Source: Chromera velia
Taxonomy: Eukaryota
Length of the DNA: 64,000 nt
Reading direction: 5' to 3'
NCBI GenBank assembly: GCA_018398765.1
Contig: JAHBMJ010000377.1
Location: forward strand, 1 to 64,000
The first letter of the stretch is position 1. Each line of letters opens with the position of its first letter. Below the pieces are notes generated by a model. It was not told the DNA's origin, did no database searches, and was given only the letters and a program-made list of their open reading frames with translations. Below, one piece after another: positions 1 to 18,138 of the stretch. Both the position numbers and the translations under genes were made by a program.

Positions 1-20
1 CACACGCACACACACACGCA

Positions 21-76
<56 letters not shown>

Positions 77-568
77 CACGGCGAGAGAGAAAGGGTACAC
101 AGGGAGGGAGGGAGGGAGGGACAATCAACTACTGCAGGATCGAGGCAGCGACACAAACAGGCAGGAAGCTCATTCGATCGATCGATACGGAAATTGACTG
201 AAGCGGACGAATCTTTGTGCGTGCCTGTTTGTCTCTGTCTCTGTCTCTCTCTTGCTCGCTCTCAAAGCACCCACACGTCAATCCATTCCCAATCTACTCG
301 AAAAGACATACTTCCATCGTCCCTCCCGTGCGAGACGACAGAATCAATGAGGGGGAAAGCCACGAGCGGTCGGAGGACACGCTCTTATATCATAGTATAG
401 TATAGAGAGGAGACAGAAGTCCCTCGACCCCCAAAGAAATTATTTCATCATTGGCAAAATCAAATCTTCGCTTCCAAACGATCGAACGAAGCACACCCCT
501 ACAAGGCCTCAATGAAGGGAAAAAACAAATAAAACCCTCTGCAACCATGCACTCACTCACTCACTCAC

Positions 569-912
569 TCTGTTGGCCATCCCGTACCCCCCGAAAGAAG
601 GGTCGGCACCCCCCCCATAGGACCCCGGCATGCCCCCTGCTGCTGCTGTGCCCATCGGGGCCCCTCCTCCGTGCATGGGGGGCCCTCCCATTGCCCCCAT
701 TGCCGTGCCCCCTCCTACCGCCTGCCCAGGCGGTGGCGGCTGCTCAAGAAGAGTCTGTGCGGAGGCGCCATCCACCACCGTGTGGGCCCCGCAGAGCTGG
801 CAGTAGATTCCCTGCAGACAGACTATATGTTTCTTCTTCTCCCTTCTTTTCTTCATGAACACAACAGACAAAAAGAAAGAAAGAACAAAGACAAAAGAAC
901 AGCACCAACAAT

Positions 913-958
<46 letters not shown>

Positions 959-1182
959 GCCACAGGCAGGCAGGCAGGGAGCAAGGACGGACGAGCATGA
1001 AATAAGGCTGCATGTCCAATCTGGTCCAGCAGACAAACGTGCGCCCAGCAGAAAGAAAATGAGAGGCACTGGGAGGAAACAGCTAGACGGAGGTTGACCC
1101 TAGCCACTGGAAGGAAGAGTGAAACGGGGAAGGGTGGAGAGAGAATACGGCCGTAGAGGTGAGACTCAGCAGAGAAAGCAAC

Positions 1183-1228
<46 letters not shown>

Positions 1229-1456
1229 CGTGTGTGTGAGAGACAAAGGGAGAAGGGAATCTATGAGGAAGAACACATGAGGAGGACAGAAAGATCGATG
1301 CGAAGGAACGAACGGGGGCTGGTGGGCGTCATCGAGGGAGGGCCCTACTCACCCTTCCGTTTCCCTGGGCCTGCGATCTCCGCAGCGACACAGCTGCGCA
1401 CCCAAGGCAGAGATTGTGGTCGCAGCTGAGGATCAGGGCGTCGTCTAGACCCCGGG
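569..1456 (-). CDS. Partial multi-exon RING-like zinc-finger protein (5' exons unresolved; continues beyond the left edge of the window)
   Basis: Exons 1456-1353 and 811-569 have AG/GT ends and join in phase 0. They give ...LDDALILSCDHNLCLGCAAVSLRRSQAQGNGR|GIYCQLCG, i.e. C-x-H-x2-C-x2-C...C-x2-C, followed by a Gly/Pro/Met-rich linker. The first CxxC of the RING was not located. Confidence 0.65.
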
Positions 1457-2389
1457 CTGCATGGGAACGAATCGTGTTTGTATGTGTCCGCTTCATGTTT
1501 GCTGTCAGAGAGGAGTCAAGGGAGGCAGACTGAGCCCTTCAATTTCAGAGTGCATGAGAAGATGAGTGCACGATGTGACTAGGGGGGCAAATTGAGTGGA
1601 CAAAGAGGGAGAGAGGAATTAAAGAAACGAAGAGAAATGCATTGCGGGGAGTAGAGAGATCACGGCGAGCAGAGCGGATGGAAAAGCAGCAATCGATACT
1701 GCACGGCTTTTGGAACTGAAACACATCACTCACCATGCACTCTCCAGCAAGTTGGATTTGCTTGTCTTTAGACGTCATTTTCAGGCAGGCAGGCAGGCAG
1801 GCAGACTGACCGCACATTGCGCACTTCAAAACCTGAGAGTGCATTCTGTCTGGATACTTCTTGCGCGCTTGATGGTCGGTACCTCAGAGACCCACTCGTC
1901 GTGGTGTTGAATTTCAAGTGAGGAAGGACTGGAGTGCTGTTGTTTGAACACCGTACGTGTGGCGGGCTTCCTCTACTGTCTTCGATTGGGGCAAACAAAA
2001 CTAAAGGATGCAGTCTCAGCTGTCCCTGCCAACCGACTGAGCAAGGGAGCTTATGAAAGCACCCACTGACTGTGAACAAAGGAAAGGATGCCTGACAAAT
2101 CAGTTCGCTATACTGGCAGCTGCTTGGCTGTACACAAGCCAGTAAGCAAGAACCCCTTCCACCTGTTGTTGGAGAGGTTCAATCAATCGATCAACGCACA
2201 GAAGCTCCGCACGCGCACTGGAAGGCGTAGCGTAAAGCACCAGAGTGACTTCAGTCAGGCAAACCGTCCCCTGCGATAGCTAGCGTGTGATCTCTCTGAC
2301 ATTCTCGCTCTCTTCTGACATCTTCTGACACGGGGATCGATAATGATCGATATACGCGTACGTGTACGAGGGGCGCGTATCGCTTCGAT

Positions 2390-2560
2390 CATTTGCATGC
2401 ATGAAGGCCGCGCCCGCCGCCGCCGCGCGCGCGAGCGCGCTGCCATGCATGCATCCTGGCGCGCCGCCACGCGCGCATGCTATTAACTGCATGCATGCAG
2501 AGACGTACCCATCGTACCCATGCAGGTGCGATGTACCGAATCCTGTGATATATATTCCTC
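2390..2560. promoter_or_regulatory. Putative bidirectional promoter: GC-rich GCGCGC core flanked by TGCATGCA motifs
   Basis: Lies between divergent genes. Similar blocks occur at ~13555-13630, ~22775-22865, ~37980-38165 and ~54630-54730. Confidence 0.5.
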
Positions 2561-2721
2561 GCTCACCGAACTTTTCAATGGTGCGGGCAGACTCCATACA
2601 ACACATTCGATCCGACCTTATCGTTTCGAAATCCGCAGTTCAGTGCTTTGTCCTTCAGACCAGTCGCGGGGCATCGATTTCTAAAGAGCGGAGACAGAGA
2701 TTCACACCCGAGAGTTTTGCA

Positions 2722-3263
2722 ATGCTCAGAAGAGGAGACGACCGAATAGAAATTGACGAGCAGCTCCGGACCACGGAGCAGGCACTGAACCGAAGTAGAG
2801 AGAACATCGACAGCTTGAGGAACAGACTCACGACTGCTCGAGGGAGGCTGCAGGAGAACGCCGTGCAGATGCGAGAGTATCATGAGATGATACAGAGACA
2901 CCTTGATGACATGCGGGAAAACGAGAGGATGATTGCCCGAATTGTACGGAGACTGGAGCTCTACCGCGAGGGTAGGGACTTTGATGCGTGCTCCAGTGTG
3001 TCTACAGATGTATTCAGTGTAGTCTCGGGAGAAGCAGCCGACGAAGACGAGGACAGAGACGAAGAGGACGAACAAGGAAGCGAAGGTCAGTCAATTTATA
3101 CTTGCATGCTCGCATGAAGTGTCGTCGGTCTTTTTGTTTCCACTCTTTCTCCCTGCCTCTAGCTCTTACCGCACATCAATCCTTCGTTAAGATTCTTCCC
3201 GCAAATTTCTGGGCGTCGTTTAGGTTTCTCCTCTTTGTGCTTGCTTACTCTGGTGTCTACGTG

Positions 3264-3294
<31 letters not shown>

Positions 3295-3844
3295 GTATAC
3301 ATGCGCGTATTTGCTCTCGGCACATACATAGGTGTTCCTGAGTATTTTCCTCACTCCAAAGAGTTGTTCCATTTATACATGCACTCCTACTGCTCCTAGC
3401 TCTTTCAGTGCGTGCACGTGCGTCCCCACCCGACGGACTCTTTAATCAATTCCGTTTGGTTTCATGCACTGCCCCTTGGACATGCATGTGAATGCACCAC
3501 CAACTTGGCATGCAGCCTGTATGTGCCCAAAATGGAAAAGAGAAGTAAACAAGGAAGGGGGGAAGGAAGGAAGGAAGGAAGGAAGGAAGGAAGAGAGAGA
3601 GAGAGNGAACGAACGAACGAACGACTGAAAGTCCCACTGTCCTTTTCGTGTGTCCCTTCGGCAAACCGTCTTTCCATTTCACCAAGAGACCTTTCGCCCT
3701 TTTGGATGTCGAGGTCTCTCGGCGTGTGTGAATCAACATGCGTGCGTCAACGCTCCGATGTGTGTCGGGCCCATATCTGCAGCTGGAGATGGAGACGTCC
3801 TCAAGTCTCAGGAAGACGGCGGGCGCGGGGTGAGTGAAGCATAG
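2722..3844 (+). CDS. Small coiled-coil protein with acidic C-terminus, 2 exons (2722-~3086, ~3783-3844)
   Basis: ATG at 2722 (MLRRGDDRIEIDEQLRTTEQALNRSRENIDSLRNRL...) gives a heptad-like L/I pattern, then DEDEDRDEEDEQ. A gtcagt donor lies at ~3087, and a ctgcag acceptor leads to GDGDVLKSQEDGGRGVSEA*. Confidence 0.55.
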
Positions 3845-4189
3845 CTATCAGAATCGTCTTGTCGACCCATTGAACCAATTAGATATATGTACAGTTTGGT
3901 TGGATTGAGCTAGGGTTTGTTTTCCTTGCTGCATGTTGTGGCATTGCACGCAGAGTTCACGTACCTGGCTAGCTCTCCTTTACCTCCAGCATGCCAGTTT
4001 TTGTGGTAGTTCCTCCTTCCTTCAGCTGGTTGCGTCGCTCTACCTCTCTCTTTTCCTCACTTCCTGTGCGTGTGCGTGTTCGTGTGCGTGTGAGAGAGCG
4101 TGTGAGAGTGCGTGTGCGAGTGCGTGTGAGTGCTTGTGAGTACGTGTGTGTGTGTGTGTATGTGTGTGTGTGTGTGTGCGTGTATGTGC

Positions 4190-4223
<34 letters not shown>

Positions 4224-7003
4224 ATGTGTGTGTGTGTGCGTGTGTGTGTGTGTGTTTTGTGCGTGCGTGGGCGGGCGGGGGAGTGCGTAGGAGTTTACGT
4301 GTGCATGTGCGTAATGAATGAATGAATGAATGAATGAATGAACGAATGGATGGGTGGATGGATAAATGAATGGATGAATGCGGGGGGAATACAACCTGGG
4401 CGGGTCACCCCTTGGCGCTGCATGATTCGCTGCTGCCCTGCGTGCCTCTCCTTTCTTTTTGCAGGAAACTCCAGTGCCCCCCGCCCCACAATGAAGGCTT
4501 TGAAGGCGACTCTTTAAATTGAATTTCTGTAAATGGCGAGAATCCCGGGAGGGCAGGAGAGCTCCCACAACATCGTTAAGACCAGTCAAAAGGACAGACG
4601 TCGGGGAACAACGACAAAAGGCCACCCAAACCCGTGGACCCTAGCGTGGACCAAGTTTGAATTCTATTGATTTAGCTAGTAATTTGGTTGTTTATATACC
4701 ATCTTTATATTCTTTGTCGAAGTTCTAAAATGCTGCAGAGGCTAGTGCCTAGGCTAGTGCAAGGCTAGGTGCAAGGACTTGTACACTTCTCGTTGAATCA
4801 ACTCATATAATTAAATCAAGTCTACATCTAGAAGACGCACAGTGATTTAAAAAAAAAATAGAAACGTCAATCTATTCTTTTTTAATTATTATTACTATAA
4901 CTACATCTAGAAGAAGCCAAAAGTTTATGGTTTACTTATGCTTTTTAGTCAGAGATGGCCTCATGCAGACAAGAGAGGGGAAAAAAAAAAAAAAAGAATC
5001 AGCCGATGCCTTTTTTTTTTTACGACTGTGCATCGTCTAGGGATGACCCACTACAGTCTTGCAGAAATATAAACAGTCGGCCTTAGAACCGGCCGTAGTA
5101 TGCTACTTAATGATAGTATTATGATACTGTAAAAACTAGTGTAAGAAGTATTTTGATCCTATAATTCTTAATTAAAAAAGGGGGCTTCGAGGGGCTTAAC
5201 CCAATGTGGACCTCACATCATCATCATTATCATGTCGTCTCCCCCACTCTTTACTATTTTGCTAAAAACAAAAAAATTATTCAATAACTTTTTCACTTAC
5301 TGTATTAAGCAGTATCCAAAACGAATTTGAATGTTCTGCCGTCGAGACTCCCGGCAATGGACCCGCGCCACAGTAACGTACACTGCACTGAGGGGAGCTT
5401 GAATATCGAATACGCTTATGGGAGATTCCCAGCGGACTAAAAGATTCAGGAAATAGTGTATCCAAGCGTGGAAATAATTGAATTCAGCATGCAAGCAAAT
5501 TGAAGCATTGAATCTGGGTGATTTCTTGCATGTGCTTTTCCACTATGTTAAAGGCTACCCGCCGTTACGTACTGCGCATTCCTATACTGATCTCTCCATT
5601 CATTCCTCTCTCCCTCTCTGTCTTTCTCTTTCTCTCTCTCTCTGTGTGTGTGTGTGTGCATATGTACGTATGTACGTCTATTCCTTTGCGTGGTATCGTA
5701 CGTGAGAAACCAGTTTTGGATCCCACTCGCTCATCTGGCTGAGTGGTCTTCTTCCTTGAGCAAAACTTAAGAGGGATACGACAAGTAAGTAAGAAGAGAA
5801 GGTGAAGACAAGGCCTTAATTGCCAAGAAGGAAGGAAGAAAGGAACGTACATGCACTAAAGAAAGTGAAATGCCAATGGTTGACTGCATGGCTCTCTCCA
5901 TCTATTCGTCTGCATGTTCGTCCTTCGTTTCTGCCTTCCGTCCTTCCACCCTTCCTTCCACCCTTCCTTCCTTCCTTCCTTTGAGTCGACCGCATGTCTT
6001 TTAATCGACACCTTTGTGTGCGCTTCTCGGCGGACTCGCTCATCCAGCGCAAATGCCTGAATGCTCGATCAAACTGGGTCATCCAGCCATGGCCATGCAC
6101 TTGAACTAAGGTGAGCAGAGTTTTCACAATCGATGAATGCAAAAATTGCACCAGGCACCAGAATGCTGAGAAGGAAAATTTAGCGCCTGGGCAACGAGCA
6201 TGATTAAGTGAATTCCTTGATTTAATCGTTGGGAGTCCGGAGGTCTTGCACGCTGCCTGCATGTCTCTGCATCCGACTACACGTACTTGCTGTATGATCG
6301 CGTGATTTCTGTATCGGATGAAGTCAGAGGGAAAATGCACGTGATTTCTGTGGATCAGTAGCTGGCGCTATCTTGTTTGCACTCGTCTATTTAATTGCCA
6401 TTGTGTCCAATTCTGAATTTTCCCATTGATGCTTTCTCTTCACACATAAAGACATCCACTTATGCACACATTTCACATACATTCATCGTGCATGGATGCA
6501 TGAAAGCATTGAATGAATTCTTCGATTAGATGCGCATGAGAAATCAGGGGGGGGTATGATCGGATGTCAAAAACAAGACGTAAACAAACAGCGACTGTCT
6601 GTGCACAGAAGTCAGCTAGAGGAAGCGAAACAGACAGACGTGCAGGCAGGACCCCCAGGCAGGCACGGAAGGAGGCTCAGCAGTAAGCAAAGAAAAGAGC
6701 GCATGCATTAAGGGAGGTTGCATTCGATCACCCAGAAAAGAGCTCGGGCACGGGGTAGCAAAGTGCTTCACGAAGCGTAGAAAGAGGCAGACACAGAGAA
6801 GGAACATTGAAGGGACGGCCACAAAAAAAAACACTCAGTGTTTAATTGACTATATAGAAAGAATGAGGGCCCGCTTTCAGCCACCAGACAGAAAGCTGGG
6901 GTCATCCTTCTCCCTCCTTGCTTCTTTTGACCCTGACTTACTTACCCATCACCCGTTTGTCGCCCATCCGCTAATTCACTTATGCATCCATCACATCAAC
7001 ACA

Positions 7004-13286
<6,283 letters not shown>

Positions 13287-13850
13287 CTTTTAGGTCAACA
13301 ACGACATGGAACTACCGGAACAATTATGCAAGCGTTTATGAACGCATGGAACTGTTAGGGGAGTCTTACTGGCAGTAAATCCGTGCTACCCTTCTTCCTT
13401 CGGAATATTCAGTCTGTCTTTCAAGTGCCTGCAGTCTATTCGTACTTCGTGCAGCTAAATCTATAACACCGTCGATCGTTGAGCCAGACGTCTTGGAGTA
13501 TACCTGACAACTTGTCCATATGTCGATTGTCTGACCTTTAAAGAATTCGAGAATGCATGCAATTAATTAGGGCGGCGGCGCCGCGCGGGCCGTGGGGTCC
13601 TCAATTAATTCAGTTCTGTCTTGCATGCATGAGGAACCATGCCTGCAATGAGGGTCGGTGTATGTCGGTGTTTGCAATGCTACTGTGCAGTGACGTACCG
13701 TCAACAAGTTTCGTTTAGTAACAAAAATTTCATTCGGGAGTTTCCTTTCCTTCACGAAAGTTCCACGCAAAAAGTTTCATACTTCCGCAAAAGTGTCAGT
13801 CAGCATACAAAGAATTCCTTCGTTGAACGAAAGTTTCAGTGACTGTCCCA

Positions 13851-14691
13851 ATGCAGAAGGCAGCACCAGGCGACGGGCCTTCCGAGGCCTCCAGTGTCCC
13901 TTCTGTGCTTTCAGGGGAGCTCCTGAAGGGGCGGGTGGCACTTCTTACAGGTCAAGTGGAAAGGGGATGACTAGACATTTGGATCCCTGGATGCATGCTC
14001 CTGTATACTTGATCGGTCTGCATTCTTGGTGCCCGTCTATATGTGCGGCTTACATTGCTTCAAGTGTTTGTGTCTCGCTCCTGCTTGCAGGTGCGGGGGG
14101 ATCTCCGACAGGTGGGTTGGAGGGGAGGTTCTCGTGCTTCTTTTGTCCGAGACTGCAGGGTGACGTCTCCGTCTCCGCGTCTCATCTCTGTCTCCGTCTC
14201 TCTTTTCGTGCTGTCTCGCCGCTGCCCCTCTTCAGACCTTGTCGACATGCAGTCGCACTGTCGTCCCTTTGACTCTTCATTCAATTCTCCTCTGCTCTCT
14301 TGAACTTGGCATCTGCCTTCTTCTTTGCGTGTCTCGAAACTTAGTACCATCGTCACCGGAGACAGAGACGCGAGAACGGCAGGCGACTTGTAAGTTTCCC
14401 AGGACGGAAATGGGAGACTCGAAGTGTGCGAAAAGACAACTGCCAATAACCCCAGTCTGGCCACGCAGCCGGACTGGAAAGGGAAGCATACAGGTAGACG
14501 GTTTCATGACGACCATGCATCGTGTCAAACAACCACGGAGCGTCTCTCTTTTCCCTCCGTTCCATCTGTCTATTCATCTGTGCTTGTGGGCGTTCGTGCT
14601 CCTGTGTCTGTCTGTACGTCCATGCATGCATGCAGACGTGTATGTCGTGGGCGTACCTGTCTCCCTGTGCGTATGTAAGGATGTGAAAGCA

Positions 14692-14723
<32 letters not shown>

Positions 14724-15725
14724 CAATGTCAGGTCTCGGTCTTGCGACTGCCCGCCTTTTCCGTGTTCACGGTGCTCGCGTTTTTCTCCTGGACACGAAC
14801 TTCTGTGAGGAGGCTTCAAAGGAATTCGAGACAATGAAGTGTGACGTCACATGTAAACAGACCGTGGACGAGTGAGCTAGCTGTTTCTCAGGCAGTCAGG
14901 AATGCAGATGGATGATGCATCCATCTATCGGCCGGTTGTGCAGAGTCCCTTCTTCAGTCAGGACAGACCGCTTTCTCCGAGTTTGGCCAACATGTATGGA
15001 TATCCATGAATATCTTTGTGGAATGAATGCGTATGGGGGCAGAGCACAGTAAGGAACAGAAAAGCAATCAATGTGAGGCAGAGCTACACATATAGAGGAA
15101 CAAGGCGCGGAGGCAGGTCCAAAATGATAGGCAGAACAAACGAAGAGGGCAGGTTTCTTTCCGTGTTTTTTGTGTTCCTGTGCAAGAGGGGAGACTCGGA
15201 TCGAGAGGAAGAGAAAAAAAGGAAAATGTCTTCGCGCAAGGAGGGGATCTGATGGATGGCTCCGTTTCCCTCCCCTCCCGTCCCGCCCTCTCCTCTCTGG
15301 CGCCTTCCTGTCTGCATGCCTCTTCTCCTCTTGTCCTCCAAATGCTTCGCTTCTCCACAAGTCACTAGTCGAGCAAACATCGTCAATCTACCCCCTCGCC
15401 GCATGTATCCCTTCCACCCGGCCGATCACTAGAGTTTTGCATGCATTCACACAGCCAGCCAAATCAAAAGCAAAGGAAAGGGAATGGAGGGCATGAGAGC
15501 GAATGAAGCCATCCCTCACTGATCGATCGTACCTGCTTCTTTGTTTGTTTGCCTCTCTCCCTCCATGCATCTGAATTCGTTATTTGTTTTCTTTCTTTCT
15601 TTCTTTCTTTAAATTTCTTTCTTTCTTTCTTTCTTTCTTTAAATTTCTTTCTTTCTTTCTTTCTTTCTTTCTTTTTTTCTTTCTTCCTTCCTTCGTTTCT
15701 TTCTTTCTTTCTTTCTTTCTTTAAA

Positions 15726-15757
<32 letters not shown>

Positions 15758-16228
15758 TTCCTTTTATGAGTTCACCTCTCTGATTGTTTCTTTTTCTCTT
15801 CCTTTTATGAGTTCACCTCTCTGATTGTTTCTTTTTCTCTTTCTTTCATGACTTCACCTCTCTGATTGTTTCTTTCTTTCTTTCATGACTTCACCTCTCT
15901 GATTGTTTCTTTTTCTCTTTCTTTCATGACTTCACCTCTCTGATTGTTTCTTTTTCTCTTTCTTTCATGACTTCACCTCTCTGATTGTTTCTTTCTTTCT
16001 TTCTTTTATGACTTCGCGTCTCGTCTCGATGTATTTATCGTCTGCAGGTGCGTGTCCAGAATCTCCACGGAGACGGGTGATCGAGTGGACGTGGTGGTCC
16101 ACTTCGCGGGCATCACCCAGCCGTTGAAGTTTTTGGAGATCTCAGAGGATGATTACAGGAAAGTTGTGGACATCTCTCTGAAGGGGTCCCTCTTGGTCTC
16201 CCAGGTCAGTCAGTCAGTCTGTCAGTCT

Positions 16229-16259
<31 letters not shown>

Positions 16260-16876
16260 AGTCAGTCAGTCAGTCAGTCAGTCGGTATAATGGATCGATC
16301 ACTCATGTCATGCTGAGAAGAAAATCAATCTTTCAAAAAGGGGGGGTGACAGATGCATGTTGGCTCGTAGACAGAAAGCTAGTCGTGTGGATTCTTGGGT
16401 GGGAGTCACCTGCAGAATCCTGCCCTGCTTCTGGCGCCTGCATGCCTTCTTCCGCTGCCCTAACTGTATAATTGTTCGCATGAGGGTCGGACACCGTGAC
16501 AGTCAACGAAAAACAGACTGGTCCTTTCTTTCATCCTTTTGACTTCCTCCACGAGACTGACAGACTGGCTTTTTAAATTCTTTGCGAGGGAGCTCCCTTT
16601 ATTCACGCTTGTTCCCCCTGTGTGTTCATTGTTCGCTGCTTCCCCCCTTCTTTTGATCGATCGATCGATCAGGCTGCGATTCCACTGATGAAGGCTCGAG
16701 GAGCGGGGTCTCTGGTGTTCATCTCGAGTGTCTCTGCTCAGCAGGGAGGGGGGATCTTCGGGGGGCCTCATTATTGTGTGAGTGGAGGAATCGAGGGGGG
16801 GAAGCTAGAGGGTGCATGGTTGTGGGGGGCGGCTTTGTTTTGTATTAGAACAGTACATCTTTCATGTATGTATGTA

Positions 16877-16918
<42 letters not shown>

Positions 16919-18138
16919 TATGAACAAGCGAGTTAGTAACAGAGCGACCGAGAGAGAGANGGGGGGGAGAGGAAGAGAGAGAGAGAGAGAGAGAGAAGGC
17001 GACAGAGACAGAGACAGAGAGAAGCAGAGAGAAGCAGAGAGAAGCAGACACAGAAGGGGATGGAAGAGGACAGAGAGAGGCACAGAGAGGGAGGGGGGGA
17101 GGGAGGGAGGGAGAGAGAGGCAGAGAGTTTGCCTGCCTCTCTGTCTGTCCGTCTGTCTGCAGGGAGCCAAGGCAGGCTGTTTGGGCCTGATGCGCGCGTG
17201 CGCAAAAGAGTTCGGGTCTTCGGGTATCCGTGCGAACGCGATTTGCCCCTCCTTGGTTGAGACAGGTCAGTCAGTCAGTCAGTCGTGGTGTTTGTTTGGT
17301 GACACATGCAGAACCTCTTCTTCGGTCGTCCCTGGCGGTAGTCAGTACAATCGTGTGTTGCCCGCAGTTCGCCAAGTGCTTATTTTTCACGATGCTCAAA
17401 GTAGACGCTCGTGTGCTAATGTGAAAATATGCACTTCTGAACATCATCTTTTCTTGATCATGCAGGAATAGCGAAGGGGATGACAGAGGAGACTCGCGAG
17501 AAGATCAGAGGGGGTATTCCTCTGGGAAGAACTGGTCAGGGAGGATACGAAGAAGCGGAAAAGGAAGGAGGGATAAAAGGAAGGAAGAAGGGAAAGGGAG
17601 AAAAGGGAGGAGGCAAGCAGGGCCGTCGTACCGATTGCAATCGAAGTTATTTGGCTCTCTCTGGATTTATTTTTAAGTTAGAAAGGGCTGAGTAAAGCGC
17701 TTCATTTTGTGCCCCCCCTCCCCCCCCCCTCAGTGTGCGTGTATGTGTGTACTCGTGCGTGTGTGCATCCATGTGCGAGTCGGTGCTTGTTTTTTGGGGG
17801 GGTGGGGGTATTATTGTGTCGTTCTCGTTGTTCGTGCAACTGGCAATTTTGTTCTGTGCAACTGTCTGTCTGTTCAGGTTTCTCGGGTTGCATATTTTTG
17901 AGGTCGTGTTGTCATTTGTAGTTGGCCATCTGTCTGTTTGTGCTGATTTTTGTATATGCAGGTCCATGTACGTGTAAAGGGAGGCATGTAGATGAATGAA
18001 TGTTGACACACACGTTTGCATCGATCCGCAGGAAAACCCGACGACGTCGCGGGGGTCTGTCTCTTCTTGGCATCTGACCTTTCGGCGTACGTATCGGGAG
18101 CAACCATCGACGTCAACGGGGCGAGCTACTTCCGGTAG
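13851..18138 (+). CDS. Short-chain dehydrogenase/reductase (FabG-like SDR), 8 exons
   Basis: Exons: 13851-13950, 14091-14111, 14733-14871, 16048-16204, 16673-16777, 17163-17265, 17466-17534, 18032-18138. All are GT-AG and phase-compatible. Motifs: VALLTGAGGSPTGLGLATARLF (Rossmann), CDVT, HFAGI, FISSVSAQQGGGIFGGPHYCGAK (S...YxxxK), IRANAICP, IPLGR...FLASDLSAYVSGATIDVNG. Confidence 0.92.
15762..16015 (+). repeat. ~37-41-bp pyrimidine-rich tandem repeat (~6 copies) just upstream of the SDR exon 4 acceptor
   Basis: Repeated ATGA(C/G)TTCACCTCTCTGATTGTTTCTTT. Confidence 0.85.
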
